DNA of 64,000 bases from a virus (taxonomy: Duplodnaviria > Caudoviricetes). Shown in pieces: positions 36,936 through 45,906 of the stretch. The stretch is taken from IMG/VR virus record IMGVR_UViG_3300033121_001571; one strand, written 5' to 3'. The position numbers and the translations under genes are program-made. Each line of letters begins with the position of its first letter. Positions within the stretch are counted from its first letter, which is position 1. The notes under the pieces are model-generated. The model was not told the origin of the DNA and ran no database searches. It saw nothing but the letters and a program-made list of their open reading frames with translations.

Positions 36936-37076
36936 AAGCAGAATCTACACCACCAGATACTAAGTTTCACTTCAAGAGTGGTGACTCGTGATTTTGGAGC
37001 CGTCCCAAGTGAGGGTGTATGGGTTGTTCTCGGGCGTTTCGCGCTGGTCGCTGCTCATAGACTAAAAGTACCACCT

Positions 37077-37463
37077 TTATCGCTTAGGTGCACTCCCAAA
37101 CTTCTTCAAGAATTCTTCGACAAATTCAGAAGAACAGTCAAGAGAGACAAAGTCATCACCTTGCATTCCTGCTTCTGAATAGCCAACAGACTTGACAAGT
37201 GCATCTGCAAAGCCCATCTTCTTGAGCTCGGCGTGAAGATCTTTCAACCAACCCTCGTCTGTGTAGATCAGATCGTGCTTGTCAACGTCCCAATCGCTGG
37301 TGTTGAAATACGCGCGGAGATCTCCAATCTTCTCCTTCGTCTTTTTATCGACGAAATATCTCATCTCGAGCGCATAGATCTCCACTGACTTCTTCTGACG
37401 CGTCCAGAAGCCGTTTCCAGTCGTTGTGGCTTTAAAAGCCACTTTCGTTTCCACGGAGGGCAT
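37077..37463 (-). CDS. conserved phage protein (IYTD...YSEAGMQG motif)
   Basis: GNGFWT, LIYTDEGW, YSEAGMQGDDFVSLD. Confidence 0.8.
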   Translation of the reverse strand: MPSVETKVAFKATTTGNGFWTRQKKSVEIYALEMRYFVDKKTKEKIGDLRAYFNTSDWDVDKHDLIYTDEGWLKDLHAELKKMGFADALVKSVGYSEAGMQGDDFVSLDCSSEFVEEFLKKFGSAPKR

Positions 37464-37483
37464 TTGTGATTTCCAGTGCTTGT

Positions 37484-37774
37484 TTAACGTTTCCAGTCGT
37501 TGTGGCTTTTGATGTACGGCTTCTTGAGCGGCTCCGAGGGGGCGTCCTTGTAGTCGTCCAACGACTCCTGGAGGTCCGCGATGATCTCCCGCTGCTCGTC
37601 AACGTCCCCCTTCGCCGCGAGCCACATGGCCATCAGGTCGTAGACCCCCTGATCGGTGCGGGCCAGTTCGGAAGCCTGCACGATGAAGTCTTGAGCGAGC
37701 CCCGCGTTCCCCATGGCAACCATGATCGTCGCGAGGTTCATCACCTGCTCGGGGGTCGTGTGGAACGGGATCAT
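37484..37774 (-). CDS. High-GC, probably host-captured gene fragment flanked by 22-bp direct repeats
   Basis: Repeats at 37476-37497 and 37796-37817; C-terminus built from duplicated neighbouring sequence. Confidence 0.7.
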   Translation of the reverse strand: MIPFHTTPEQVMNLATIMVAMGNAGLAQDFIVQASELARTDQGVYDLMAMWLAAKGDVDEQREIIADLQESLDDYKDAPSEPLKKPYIKSHNDWKR

Positions 37775-37803
37775 AGGGTACCTCGGTACTTTCCTGTGCT
37801 TGT

Positions 37804-38295
37804 TTAACGTTTCCAGTTCAACTGGTCTGCTTTGACGATGCTGATCTTGTTGTTCACGACACTGATAAGACCTTGATCTCTATCGCTCTCCCCTTGCCAC
37901 GCGACAGCACCGCTGAGCACTCGACCCCACGGAATAAAGAAAGCAGCGATCAGATACTCGAGCCACTCGATGTAGTCATAAAACTTTTCCGACCCATTCC
38001 AGCCCAACTCGTCTCCCTCGGGAACTGGCGCCCAATCACACCAGAGACCAGGCTGACCTACTGGAGGCTTGTTCATATCTGCGACGGTAGAGTCATCTGC
38101 GCCAGTGTAGAAACATCCCTCTTCTCCGACGGGAAGAAGAACAGCTTCTCGGACGGGATCAGAGAGAGCCGCTGTCTTCTCGGTGTGACGCTTCATTCGT
38201 CGTGAATCAGAAAACGCATTGAGATACAGAGTCTGTTCACGTGAAAGACAAGGAGTGATCTTGAACACTCCCTTGAACTCAGTCGTGTATCCCAT
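37804..38295 (-). CDS. conserved phage protein (MGYTTxF...EKFYxYxEWL family)
   Basis: MGYTTEFKG, QPGLWCDW, SEKFYDYIEWLEYLI, WQGE; SD AGGAG. Confidence 0.85.
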   Translation of the reverse strand: MGYTTEFKGVFKITPCLSREQTLYLNAFSDSRRMKRHTEKTAALSDPVREAVLLPVGEEGCFYTGADDSTVADMNKPPVGQPGLWCDWAPVPEGDELGWNGSEKFYDYIEWLEYLIAAFFIPWGRVLSGAVAWQGESDRDQGLISVVNNKISIVKADQLNWKR

Positions 38296-38342
38296 TTTGC
38301 TCTCCTTTTAACACAGACGTAAATTTGTTGTCTGTTCTACGG

Positions 38343-38415
38343 TGGGAGCCGTGGGGCTCGAACCCACGACCTACGGGTTAAAAGCCCGCAGCTCTACCGA
38401 CTGAGCTAGACTCCC
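38343..38415 (-). tRNA. tRNA-Lys(UUU), CCA not encoded
   Basis: GGGAGTCTAGCTCAGTCGGTAGAGCTGCGGGCTTTTAACCCGTAGGTCGTGGGTTCGAGCCCCACGGCTCCCA. Confidence 0.95.
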
Positions 38416-38478
38416 AGGTGCAGGATTTTGCTCTGGAGCGGAATCACAGAGCGGGCTCCTGCGGACCCAAGTCAAGCC

Positions 38479-38946
38479 TCAGTCGTCGAACTCGGGCACT
38501 TCCTGGAAGGCAGAGTCACAGAACGTTCGAACGGTTCGAAGATCGTTCTTCTGACCGGGGAAGAGCTCCCGAGCGGTATCGAAGAACATCGTTCTGATCT
38601 GCCCCTCGCGGACCCCGCCCTCCTCGGAGCGATCGAAGTACCAGTCCGCCGCGGCGATCAGATCGTCCTCGCTCCCAGCGGCCTTGATCATCGCGTCGAG
38701 CGCACTCGACACGGGTTTGTTCGAGACCGCGAGCGGGAAGAGGACCATCAGCACTCTCTTCACTGTGTCCTTCTCGGGACTGTTCTCCGAGAGAGAAGAA
38801 CAGATCTGCTCCACCATCTCGAGCGCCGCCTTGCGCGCCTCGTCCTTGTCGCCGAAAGCAGCGACGAAGTGGGTGAGCGCTCGTCGAAGGACCGATCCCT
38901 GCTTCGCCGGAACACGCCGGCGATCGTTGTTGTTGTTCTGCTTCAT
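38479..38946 (-). CDS. hypothetical protein
   Basis: Promoter GTGTAC-17-TAGATT, SD GGAG; high-GC codons. Confidence 0.8.
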   Translation of the reverse strand: MKQNNNNDRRRVPAKQGSVLRRALTHFVAAFGDKDEARKAALEMVEQICSSLSENSPEKDTVKRVLMVLFPLAVSNKPVSSALDAMIKAAGSEDDLIAAADWYFDRSEEGGVREGQIRTMFFDTARELFPGQKNDLRTVRTFCDSAFQEVPEFDD

Positions 38947-39027
38947 GAGTTGATCTCCAAAGCGGCTATAGCCGCACTCCTTACTCTCTTAATCTAACCT
39001 TTGAGAAGCAACCGTACACTCTTGCTC

Positions 39028-39141
39028 TTTCCCTCTTTCTCCCTCAGTGACACACAGATTAATCGTTGTGCTGAGACTTAAGTAGCTATGGTCAGCCGCT
39101 CAAAAGTTTTTCTGTGTGTCACTGAGGGAGAAAGAGGGAAA
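39028..39141. repeat. 31-bp perfect inverted repeat, 52-nt loop
   Basis: tttccctctttctccctcagtgacacacaga / tctgtgtgtcactgagggagaaagagggaaa. Confidence 0.9.
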
Positions 39142-39349
39142 GGCCCGGGACCTTCGCGCGCGTGTACGCGCGAGAGGTTCACCGAGCCTGTTTCTTCACC
39201 AGTGCTTGAGAACGAAGTGGATGATCACACCAGCGGCGAGGATGAACACCAGGAATCCCGCGATCAACTGAGCGATCGCGATGAACTTCAGGAGTTTCAA
39301 GTTTCCTCAAAGAAGCAGAGGGCGGGAACTCCCGCCCTCTGCGACCCTT

Positions 39350-40015
39350 TCAGCCGTTCGCCGCGGAATCGAGCTCCTCGTCGCTCTCCTCGACCTCCGC
39401 GTCCTCGAAGTCGAGCTCCTCGGCGTCGGCCTCGACCACGTCCTTGGAGGGATCGAAGAGCTCGACGTCGCTCTTGAAGAGGTAGACCTGGCGACCGATG
39501 GGCTGGCCCGTCGCGCCGTCGACGATGTCGACGTAGCACCGGATCCGGTTGACCGCGGTCACGACCGCGCGGTGGCCGATGTAGCGAGGATCCGCGCTCG
39601 AGCGGATCTTCACCTGCTGACCCGGAGCGAGCTCGATGTCCTTCGAAGCCACCGTCGCCGAGAGGCGCAGGGAGTGACCCAGGTGAGCGCTGAAGATCTC
39701 GAGCTCGGCGGGGGTGTACTTGGCCTTGATGTCCTTGAGGACCTCGGCCAGCGGCGCGGAGAGAGGCAGGAGGTTCGCGGCCGCCTTGGTGACCTTGGCG
39801 AGGTGCGGCACCTTCGCGCCGGGAGCACCGGACTGCTTCGCGGCCTTCTTCGCCTCGCGAGCAGCCTTCCGCTCGGCGCGCTCTCGCTCGAGCTGCTTCT
39901 TCTTCGCCTCGCGCTCCTCCGGCGTGAGCTTCACGCGGGGAGCGACGGGAGCGAGCTTGGTGATCTGGACCTGGGCGAGGGCGTTGTTGAGGATCTCGGT
40001 CGTGGGATTGCTCAT
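39350..40015 (-). CDS. Basic N-terminal helix + KOW/SH3-like domain + acidic tail; paralog of 32920..33549
   Basis: HLAKVTKA, LAPGQQVKI...YIGHRAVVTAVNRIRCYV; very high GC3. Confidence 0.85.
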   Translation of the reverse strand: MSNPTTEILNNALAQVQITKLAPVAPRVKLTPEEREAKKKQLERERAERKAAREAKKAAKQSGAPGAKVPHLAKVTKAAANLLPLSAPLAEVLKDIKAKYTPAELEIFSAHLGHSLRLSATVASKDIELAPGQQVKIRSSADPRYIGHRAVVTAVNRIRCYVDIVDGATGQPIGRQVYLFKSDVELFDPSKDVVEADAEELDFEDAEVEESDEELDSAANG

Positions 40016-40137
40016 GGAAAACCTTCTTTCTGATTTTGGTGTGAAACTTGTGACTTGCAGCTGGCTGCTTTCCGCAACATTGCATCAGCAGCATCAACCT
40101 GAACCAGTTGTACCCTTTTTGGGTGAGTGTTGCACCC

Positions 40138-40566
40138 TCAATTGAGGTGCCGAAAGTCGGAGGACGCCGCGGCGCTGATGGGCAGAGTGATAGTGTCACT
40201 CGAGGGCACCAGCTGGGGAACCGCAGGGTCAGACACGGTCAGCTTGACCGTGATCTTATCACGAGCGATCTCGGTGACCTCGGCCTGGCCATTGCCGATA
40301 CCAAACGTGACGCGCTCACCCACGCGCAGGCGGCGCGTAGAAGAAAGTACACTCTCGTGCACGTCGACCGCGCTAGAGAAGATGTGAAACGTACCCCCGG
40401 CGATCGCCGAGGTGATGATCTCGTCGAGACCAGCGCGGAGAGCAGCGTGGTACTTGTTACGCATCGCTTCCGTGTATGCGGTAGACCCGCTGTGCATCTC
40501 GTCTGCGGTTTTGCACAGCGAGTTGTAGTGGAAATTGAGCAGAGCGATGAAATGAATGCCGTTCAT
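40138..40566 (-). CDS. hypothetical protein with C-terminal SH3-like segment, leaderless
   Basis: LRVGERVTF; GTGAAC-17-TAGAGT-6-ATG. Confidence 0.75.
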   Translation of the reverse strand: MNGIHFIALLNFHYNSLCKTADEMHSGSTAYTEAMRNKYHAALRAGLDEIITSAIAGGTFHIFSSAVDVHESVLSSTRRLRVGERVTFGIGNGQAEVTEIARDKITVKLTVSDPAVPQLVPSSDTITLPISAAASSDFRHLN

Positions 40567-40935
40567 GTCTCCACTCTAACACTCAAAGGTGCAGAGTTCA
40601 CTGAGTCAAAACAGCAAGAATATTCGCAGTTGAATTTTGAGTGCAAAGTGTAAAGTACACGCGCAGAAGGTACAATGTGACATGCATAGCAAGACTGAAT
40701 TCATGGCAAAACACAATACAATCTTCCAGAGAACTCTGACCGGTTCTTCGAAAAGAACGGAGAAAACGACCAGATCTACATGACTCTTTCAGGCAAGTTT
40801 TCAAACACTTACAAAGACATCACGCCAGAACTTATCGCTTGGCTCAAACTCACAGCTAAGTTGTTCACTTGAAAGCTAAGTGAACAGCTCTGCGAAACAT
40901 AGTAAACTATTCTCTCTACCCACAGGAGACCAAAC

Positions 40936-41703
40936 ATGAGAGAGATGAGACTGGACACTCAAATCGCTGGGATCACCAGTGAGACAAAGCTCTCAGATCT
41001 GAGTGTTCCCAGCGAAATGCGAAAGCGCGTGAAGACAGGAATCGACTGGTGGGACACAGCACTCGGAGGTGGCGGTCACGTGCCCTCTACAGTGTGTATC
41101 CTCACTGGAACGCCAGGCTCTGGAAAGAGCACGTTGCAACGGCAGCTCGCATCCAGTTTGATTGGTCAGGGACACATTGTTCTCTATAACACTGGCGAAG
41201 AGAATCTCTATCAAGTCAAGATGGCAACGGAGCGGCTCGGCATTGCTGAAGACTTCTACGTGGGCCAGCACATCTTTGTCGATAATCTTCTCGCTCACGC
41301 AGAGAAACTTCGTTCTGCGAATACAGGAAAACGAATGTTTCTGTTTCAAGATTCACTGCAGACTTTGAATGACGGGTACTATAAAGACGGAGGAACGACG
41401 GGAAATACTCCCGTTCGGTGCATCGAGAAGGTGATCGATTGGTGCAAGAGCACCTATTCGATCGGAATCGTGATCAATCAGGTCACGAAGTCTGGAGAGT
41501 TTGCTGGAAAGCAAACAATCATTCACGCTGTCGATGCTCGAGTTCACCTGTACATCGACGAAGATCCTCGCTCACCCACGTACGGATCTCGCGTCTTTGA
41601 AGTCCCCAAGAACCGCTGGGGCTGCTCGGGTATCACGACCGTGCTCAACATGAAAGAATCTGGTTTGGACCACCAGTGTTCTTACGTCAAAGGCGCAGTC
41701 TAA
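40936..41703 (+). CDS. RadA/Sms-like RecA-family ATPase (ATPase core only)
   Basis: KTGIDWWD, Walker A GTPGSGKST, YNTGEE, DSLQT, HAVD, KNRWG (KNRFG-like); promoter at 40880. Confidence 0.9.
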   Translation: MREMRLDTQIAGITSETKLSDLSVPSEMRKRVKTGIDWWDTALGGGGHVPSTVCILTGTPGSGKSTLQRQLASSLIGQGHIVLYNTGEENLYQVKMATERLGIAEDFYVGQHIFVDNLLAHAEKLRSANTGKRMFLFQDSLQTLNDGYYKDGGTTGNTPVRCIEKVIDWCKSTYSIGIVINQVTKSGEFAGKQTIIHAVDARVHLYIDEDPRSPTYGSRVFEVPKNRWGCSGITTVLNMKESGLDHQCSYVKGAV

Positions 41704-41725
41704 CAAGTTCCAACAAAAGAAATTG

Positions 41726-41753
41726 AAAGGGAGTCGAAAGACTCCTTTTTTTT
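41726..41753 (+). terminator. Intrinsic terminator
   Basis: ggagtc-gaaa-gactcc followed by a T tract. Confidence 0.85.
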
Positions 41754-42032
41754 GCTCTCTGCGTCGAGATCTCAAGGCAGATCTGTCCCTGCACGAGTGC
41801 TTTAAAAGAGTGTAGTCAATGTGTTTCGCGCGCGAGCGCGCGAGAGGGCGCAGGGTGTACTGCACTCACGTTGCACAGTATGTACACGGTCACGTTGCTA
41901 TCACTCACCTAGAGTGACTCTACCACGTGGTCATTCAAGGTTCACGGTTTAACAAACACACACTTCAGTGAACGAGAATCGTGTTTCAGCGTTAAGAGTG
42001 CAATACAACTCAAAAAAGAAATCTCAAGCAAC

Positions 42033-42632
42033 GTGATGCGTCTCGCCAACTTAAAAAAAAACTTAAACTCTGTAAACCCTAGGAATTGGTTAAGTTGTGC
42101 TGGCAACTTGTTCAGAATACACAACGCGTCACTTGTGCAGGAACGTTTCACAAATATTCGAGTCGCTTTTGTTACTGCAGATTCAGTCAGAGATCTCGTT
42201 AACAACTGGTGTTATGATTACAGTGAACAAAACAAAGACATCTTCTTTGCAGAGAAGAGTTCTATCTTTGTTAGAAACAACAACTCTTCTAAATTAGAAC
42301 GGTTTCGCAACCACTATAATCAATCAATGACTTTCATATACACGATTAAACCCGTTGCAACTAAAACAAAGTTATTCGAGATATCAACGCCAGTTTCAAA
42401 CAGCAGTTCTTTCACATTTATTGTGCTCAGTTCTGTTATGAAATATGACAACATGAAAAACAAGAACTCTTGCACGTGGAACTCTTTCTCTTCAACGCTC
42501 GAGAGCGTGTGCATATATGTCTTTGAACTTGACGATTATCTCTTGATCAATTCAAAGACCTTTTTCATGTTGTGTTCACTTGCTAAGCACCTCAAAGCTC
42601 CGCGTTTTGAGACGCAGAGCTCAGAAGACTGA
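42033..42632 (+). CDS. AT-rich hypothetical protein
   Basis: 199-aa ORF. Confidence 0.55.
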   Translation: MMRLANLKKNLNSVNPRNWLSCAGNLFRIHNASLVQERFTNIRVAFVTADSVRDLVNNWCYDYSEQNKDIFFAEKSSIFVRNNNSSKLERFRNHYNQSMTFIYTIKPVATKTKLFEISTPVSNSSSFTFIVLSSVMKYDNMKNKNSCTWNSFSSTLESVCIYVFELDDYLLINSKTFFMLCSLAKHLKAPRFETQSSED

Positions 42633-42719
42633 AAGTTTTTTACGTGAGCGGGAGCGATCGCTCGAGGCTGGGGTGGCGGAGCTAGTGCAACACTCTTGTA
42701 ACTGTGTTACTGTTATAAA

Positions 42720-43010
42720 ATGTTTGGTTTTCGAACAAACCCTAAAGTGCTCATCGAACAAGTTGCACACAGCATGTACGATGAGTACGACCGTGCAGGT
42801 TTACATAAACGGGCTCTCGTCAAAGTAGACGGAAAGAAAAATCCAGAATCTAAGTTGTATGAGGTGTCTGTTTCTGTAAATGGGAAAAAGATCTGTCAGA
42901 ACTCTGACAGTGACTGGCGTACTGCATACAAGAAACTTCTTCAGACCCTGAAAGATACCAAGGGAGAGTGCAAGGCTCCCACGGATGGAGTAAAAAACGA
43001 TCATGGCTAA
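42720..43010 (+). CDS. hypothetical protein, leaderless, first gene of the AAA operon
   Basis: GTGCAA-17-TACTGT-6-ATG from 42685. Confidence 0.75.
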   Translation: MFGFRTNPKVLIEQVAHSMYDEYDRAGLHKRALVKVDGKKNPESKLYEVSVSVNGKKICQNSDSDWRTAYKKLLQTLKDTKGECKAPTDGVKNDHG

Positions 43011-44133
43011 AACGCAAATGCACGTTCGAACCGTGCTCTCGGTGGTGCCGCAGCTTCCTGCTGCGATCTCGGTCTTGTTCAGAGGAAATCACGGTATCGG
43101 AAAGAGCCAGGTCGTGGCTCAACTCCGGAACCTGATCAAGGAGAGTGACCCCAATCTTGGGGATTTTCCTCTCATCGACAGGCGTCTCTCTCAGTTGACT
43201 GAGGGTGACATCATCGGTCTTCCTTCGACTGACGGTGAGGTGACTCGATTCAACCCGCCCGACTGGTACAAGCAGGCGTGCAACAAGCCTGCGTGTCTGT
43301 TCCTCGACGAGCTCAACCGTGCAACTCCCGAGGTCATGCAGGCGGCATTTCAGATTGTTCTTGATCGGACCCTGAACGGTCAGAGCCTACACCCGCAGAC
43401 TCGAGTGTTCGCTGCGGTCAACGATTCTGGTGCGTACACCGTCAACGAGATCGACCCCGCTCTGCTGGATCGATTCTGGGTGGTGGATCTGAATCCCGAC
43501 GTGGACGACTGGCTCACTTGGGCTCGGAACGTTGGGATCCATGATCACATCACGGGATTCATCGCAGCGAATCCCAAGTTCTTGGATCCTCACAAGAACG
43601 TTGAGCCGGGTGCTGTGTCTCCGTCCCGTCGCTCGTACGAGCGTCTGGACATGAGCTTGAAATGTGCTGGGATCGAAGAGAAGCCCAATGACGATCGATT
43701 CTACTCGATCGCTGCAGGGTTCCTCGGTGTCGAAGCAGCGCAGGCTTTCTCTGCTCACGCCAAGAACAACGACCTCCGCGTTCTTCCCGAGGAGGTCGTC
43801 AACAGTTACAAGAAGGTGCAGAAGAAGGTGCAGAAGATGTCGATCGAGAGGCAGGTCGACCTCACTGCGAAGCTCTCAGACTACTTCGACGAGAAGCCCG
43901 AGAACCGAAAGTTCAGCGACAAGGTGCTTGGAAATCTCGATCTCTTCATGCAAGACATCACGCCTGAGACTCGCTTGACGTTCTTCACGAATGTCATCCG
44001 AAGCTGCGGCACCGACACCGCCGCGATGGCAGCCTTCAACGCAAAGGTGAACTATCAAGTACTTCAGTTATTCGGTGTGAACGCTGACGGTACTGGCGAA
44101 GTGAAGGTACCTGACTTCCTCGAAAAGAAGTAA
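43003..44133 (+). CDS. MoxR/dynein-related AAA+ ATPase
   Basis: Walker A GNHGIGKS, DIIGLP, Walker B LFLDELNRA, AAVN, DPALLDRF, SPSRRSYE. Confidence 0.93.
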   Translation: MAKTQMHVRTVLSVVPQLPAAISVLFRGNHGIGKSQVVAQLRNLIKESDPNLGDFPLIDRRLSQLTEGDIIGLPSTDGEVTRFNPPDWYKQACNKPACLFLDELNRATPEVMQAAFQIVLDRTLNGQSLHPQTRVFAAVNDSGAYTVNEIDPALLDRFWVVDLNPDVDDWLTWARNVGIHDHITGFIAANPKFLDPHKNVEPGAVSPSRRSYERLDMSLKCAGIEEKPNDDRFYSIAAGFLGVEAAQAFSAHAKNNDLRVLPEEVVNSYKKVQKKVQKMSIERQVDLTAKLSDYFDEKPENRKFSDKVLGNLDLFMQDITPETRLTFFTNVIRSCGTDTAAMAAFNAKVNYQVLQLFGVNADGTGEVKVPDFLEKK

Positions 44134-44137
44134 AGGC

Positions 44138-44605
44138 GTGTCAGCACCAAAGCTGATATCTAGCAGCACCATGCAACTAGCAAAACTAGTTGCATGGTGC
44201 TCTTGTCACAGTCTGAATGTTACCATCAGAGAAGGTAATTTTCAGGGCGAAAATATGGCTTTTTTTTGTGACGATTCTATCACTGTCACAAAACAGAAAA
44301 AAGCGCAAGAGACAGTGTGGCTTCTTCTCCACGAGATTGGACACTATCTTGTAACAAAAAAACATCCCAATAGGTACAAAAACGGATATCCTCACAGAGA
44401 AAAACCAAAGAAAAATTTGTTAAAGGCTGTACACTATGTCTCTATTCTTGAAGAAGAGATAGAGGCGTGGAATCTTGGAAGAGAACTGAGCAAAGACTTG
44501 AAATTCAAGTTCTCAGTCTCAGAATTTGAAAAGTACAAAACAAGTATGCTTAAATCTCACATCACGTGGGCGTACCTGAAACTTTCAAAAGATAGTAGTC
44601 TCTAA
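44138..44605 (+). CDS. HExxH zincin-like metallopeptidase
   Basis: LLHEIGH...EEEIEAW. Confidence 0.75.
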   Translation: MSAPKLISSSTMQLAKLVAWCSCHSLNVTIREGNFQGENMAFFCDDSITVTKQKKAQETVWLLLHEIGHYLVTKKHPNRYKNGYPHREKPKKNLLKAVHYVSILEEEIEAWNLGRELSKDLKFKFSVSEFEKYKTSMLKSHITWAYLKLSKDSSL

Positions 44606-45372
44606 TGAGAAGAAAAAACTTCCTTAAAAGAGGGTTATCAACAGTTCTTCCACACAACTTTTCAGATAGAATACTCAAACAATATCGACAGATACTTAAC
44701 GGCAATGAAGATCTTGCAAAGGCGCTAACGGCTGCTGACAACGCAACGCTACATTCTGTTTCAGGCGTTGTTATCTCTAACGAGAGAGATATAAGAACGG
44801 GAAAGTTACTGCCTTTTAGAGGGACGCGGAAAGAAAAGAGAAAGTTCCGCAAGGTATGGAGAAAGGGTTTCAAGAGTTTTCTAGACGTTGAAACTACGAC
44901 CCTCTACTTCAACGTGATTGATCGATTGAGGTTTTCAAATTCGAAAGCCAATTGTGTAGCGCTCACAAAAAGACACAAAAAGAAGTGTCTAAAACGTTTT
45001 AGCAGACAGGGTCACGCTATCTGGTTGCTTTCTTCTGCTAAGAACAAGGGCTCTTTCACAGACAAACTGCAAAACTATGCTGTTGTTAACAGCAAAAAAC
45101 TCGCTTCAAGACGTGGAAGAACTATGATTGCAAGACTTAAAAATGCAATCAAGATGAAACGTTTTCTCGCGAAGATCGTTGCTCTCAACGAAAATCAGGG
45201 AAGTGCAGTCATCAATATGCTCAAGAGCAAAGAAAGCTGGCTTCAATCAGGATATAGACTCCACAAAGACCTCAAAAGGTCAGATAGTAACCGTAAAGAG
45301 CGCAGTGAACAGTTTAAAAAGATTTTGTCACATAAGCCGTTCAAGCTTCTAGCTAAAGAAACTAAAGATTAA
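44605..45372 (+). CDS. highly basic hypothetical protein
   Basis: K/R-rich 255 aa, TAATG coupling. Confidence 0.7.
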   Translation: MRRKNFLKRGLSTVLPHNFSDRILKQYRQILNGNEDLAKALTAADNATLHSVSGVVISNERDIRTGKLLPFRGTRKEKRKFRKVWRKGFKSFLDVETTTLYFNVIDRLRFSNSKANCVALTKRHKKKCLKRFSRQGHAIWLLSSAKNKGSFTDKLQNYAVVNSKKLASRRGRTMIARLKNAIKMKRFLAKIVALNENQGSAVINMLKSKESWLQSGYRLHKDLKRSDSNRKERSEQFKKILSHKPFKLLAKETKD

Positions 45373-45518
45373 TTCTAGGACTACTCGTAAATAGTCCTTT
45401 GAAGCTAATTAACGTGTGAACAGGGAAGAGCGAGCAACCCCCTAAGTAACTGTCGTCATGTGTCTTCGCACAAGACGCACTACGTTATTCTAGAAATAGA
45501 ATAACATTAAGAAGAGAG

Positions 45519-45552
45519 AAAAAGCTGGAAGAAATTCCAGCTTTTTCTTTTT
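45519..45552 (+). terminator. Intrinsic terminator
   Basis: aaaagctggaa-gaaa-ttccagctttttctttt. Confidence 0.8.
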
Positions 45553-45582
45553 CAAGAAAACTTACGTGAGGATCATATCTAC

Positions 45583-45870
45583 TTGGATCATGTGATTTCT
45601 AACAAAGAAATTCCAAAGCGTGGAGACACAATCATTATTTCTTCAAATTGTGTAGAACACTGGTACAGTTATTTTATCTTGACAAAGAACCCAACTATGG
45701 TAACACCAGAACACGAAATAGAACACACGGTACACTTAGTACACGATATTCTCATACCTGTGATTGAGATAAAAGTGTTCAAGACTCGTGTTGACGTAGA
45801 CAGATATTCTGTCAAGATAGGAATGTCTTGTTTACACAAAATCAGTGATAACTTTTGGAGTAATTTTTGA
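45583..45870 (+). CDS. xGD-family small protein
   Basis: PKRGDTII, HKISDNFW. Confidence 0.7.
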   Translation: MDHVISNKEIPKRGDTIIISSNCVEHWYSYFILTKNPTMVTPEHEIEHTVHLVHDILIPVIEIKVFKTRVDVDRYSVKIGMSCLHKISDNFWSNF

Positions 45871-45906
45871 CGTGTAACGCTCTGTGCGCCGTGGTACAGT
45901 CGTGTC

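Noticed and set aside
32724-40199. Long alternative-frame or antisense ORFs over GC-rich genes (e.g. 32724..33308, 32914..33645, 39281..40033, 39297..40199)
   Set aside because: These are shadows of high-GC codon bias; the promoter- and SD-supported frames are 32920..33549 and 39350..40015.
42665-42690. tRNA-Leu-like 5' start (gctggggtggcggagctag)
   Set aside because: No anticodon or T arm follows; the sequence runs into a promoter.
44605-45372. TnpB/IscB-like RNA-guided nuclease
   Set aside because: No RuvC acidic motifs, Zn finger or HNH motif is recognisable.
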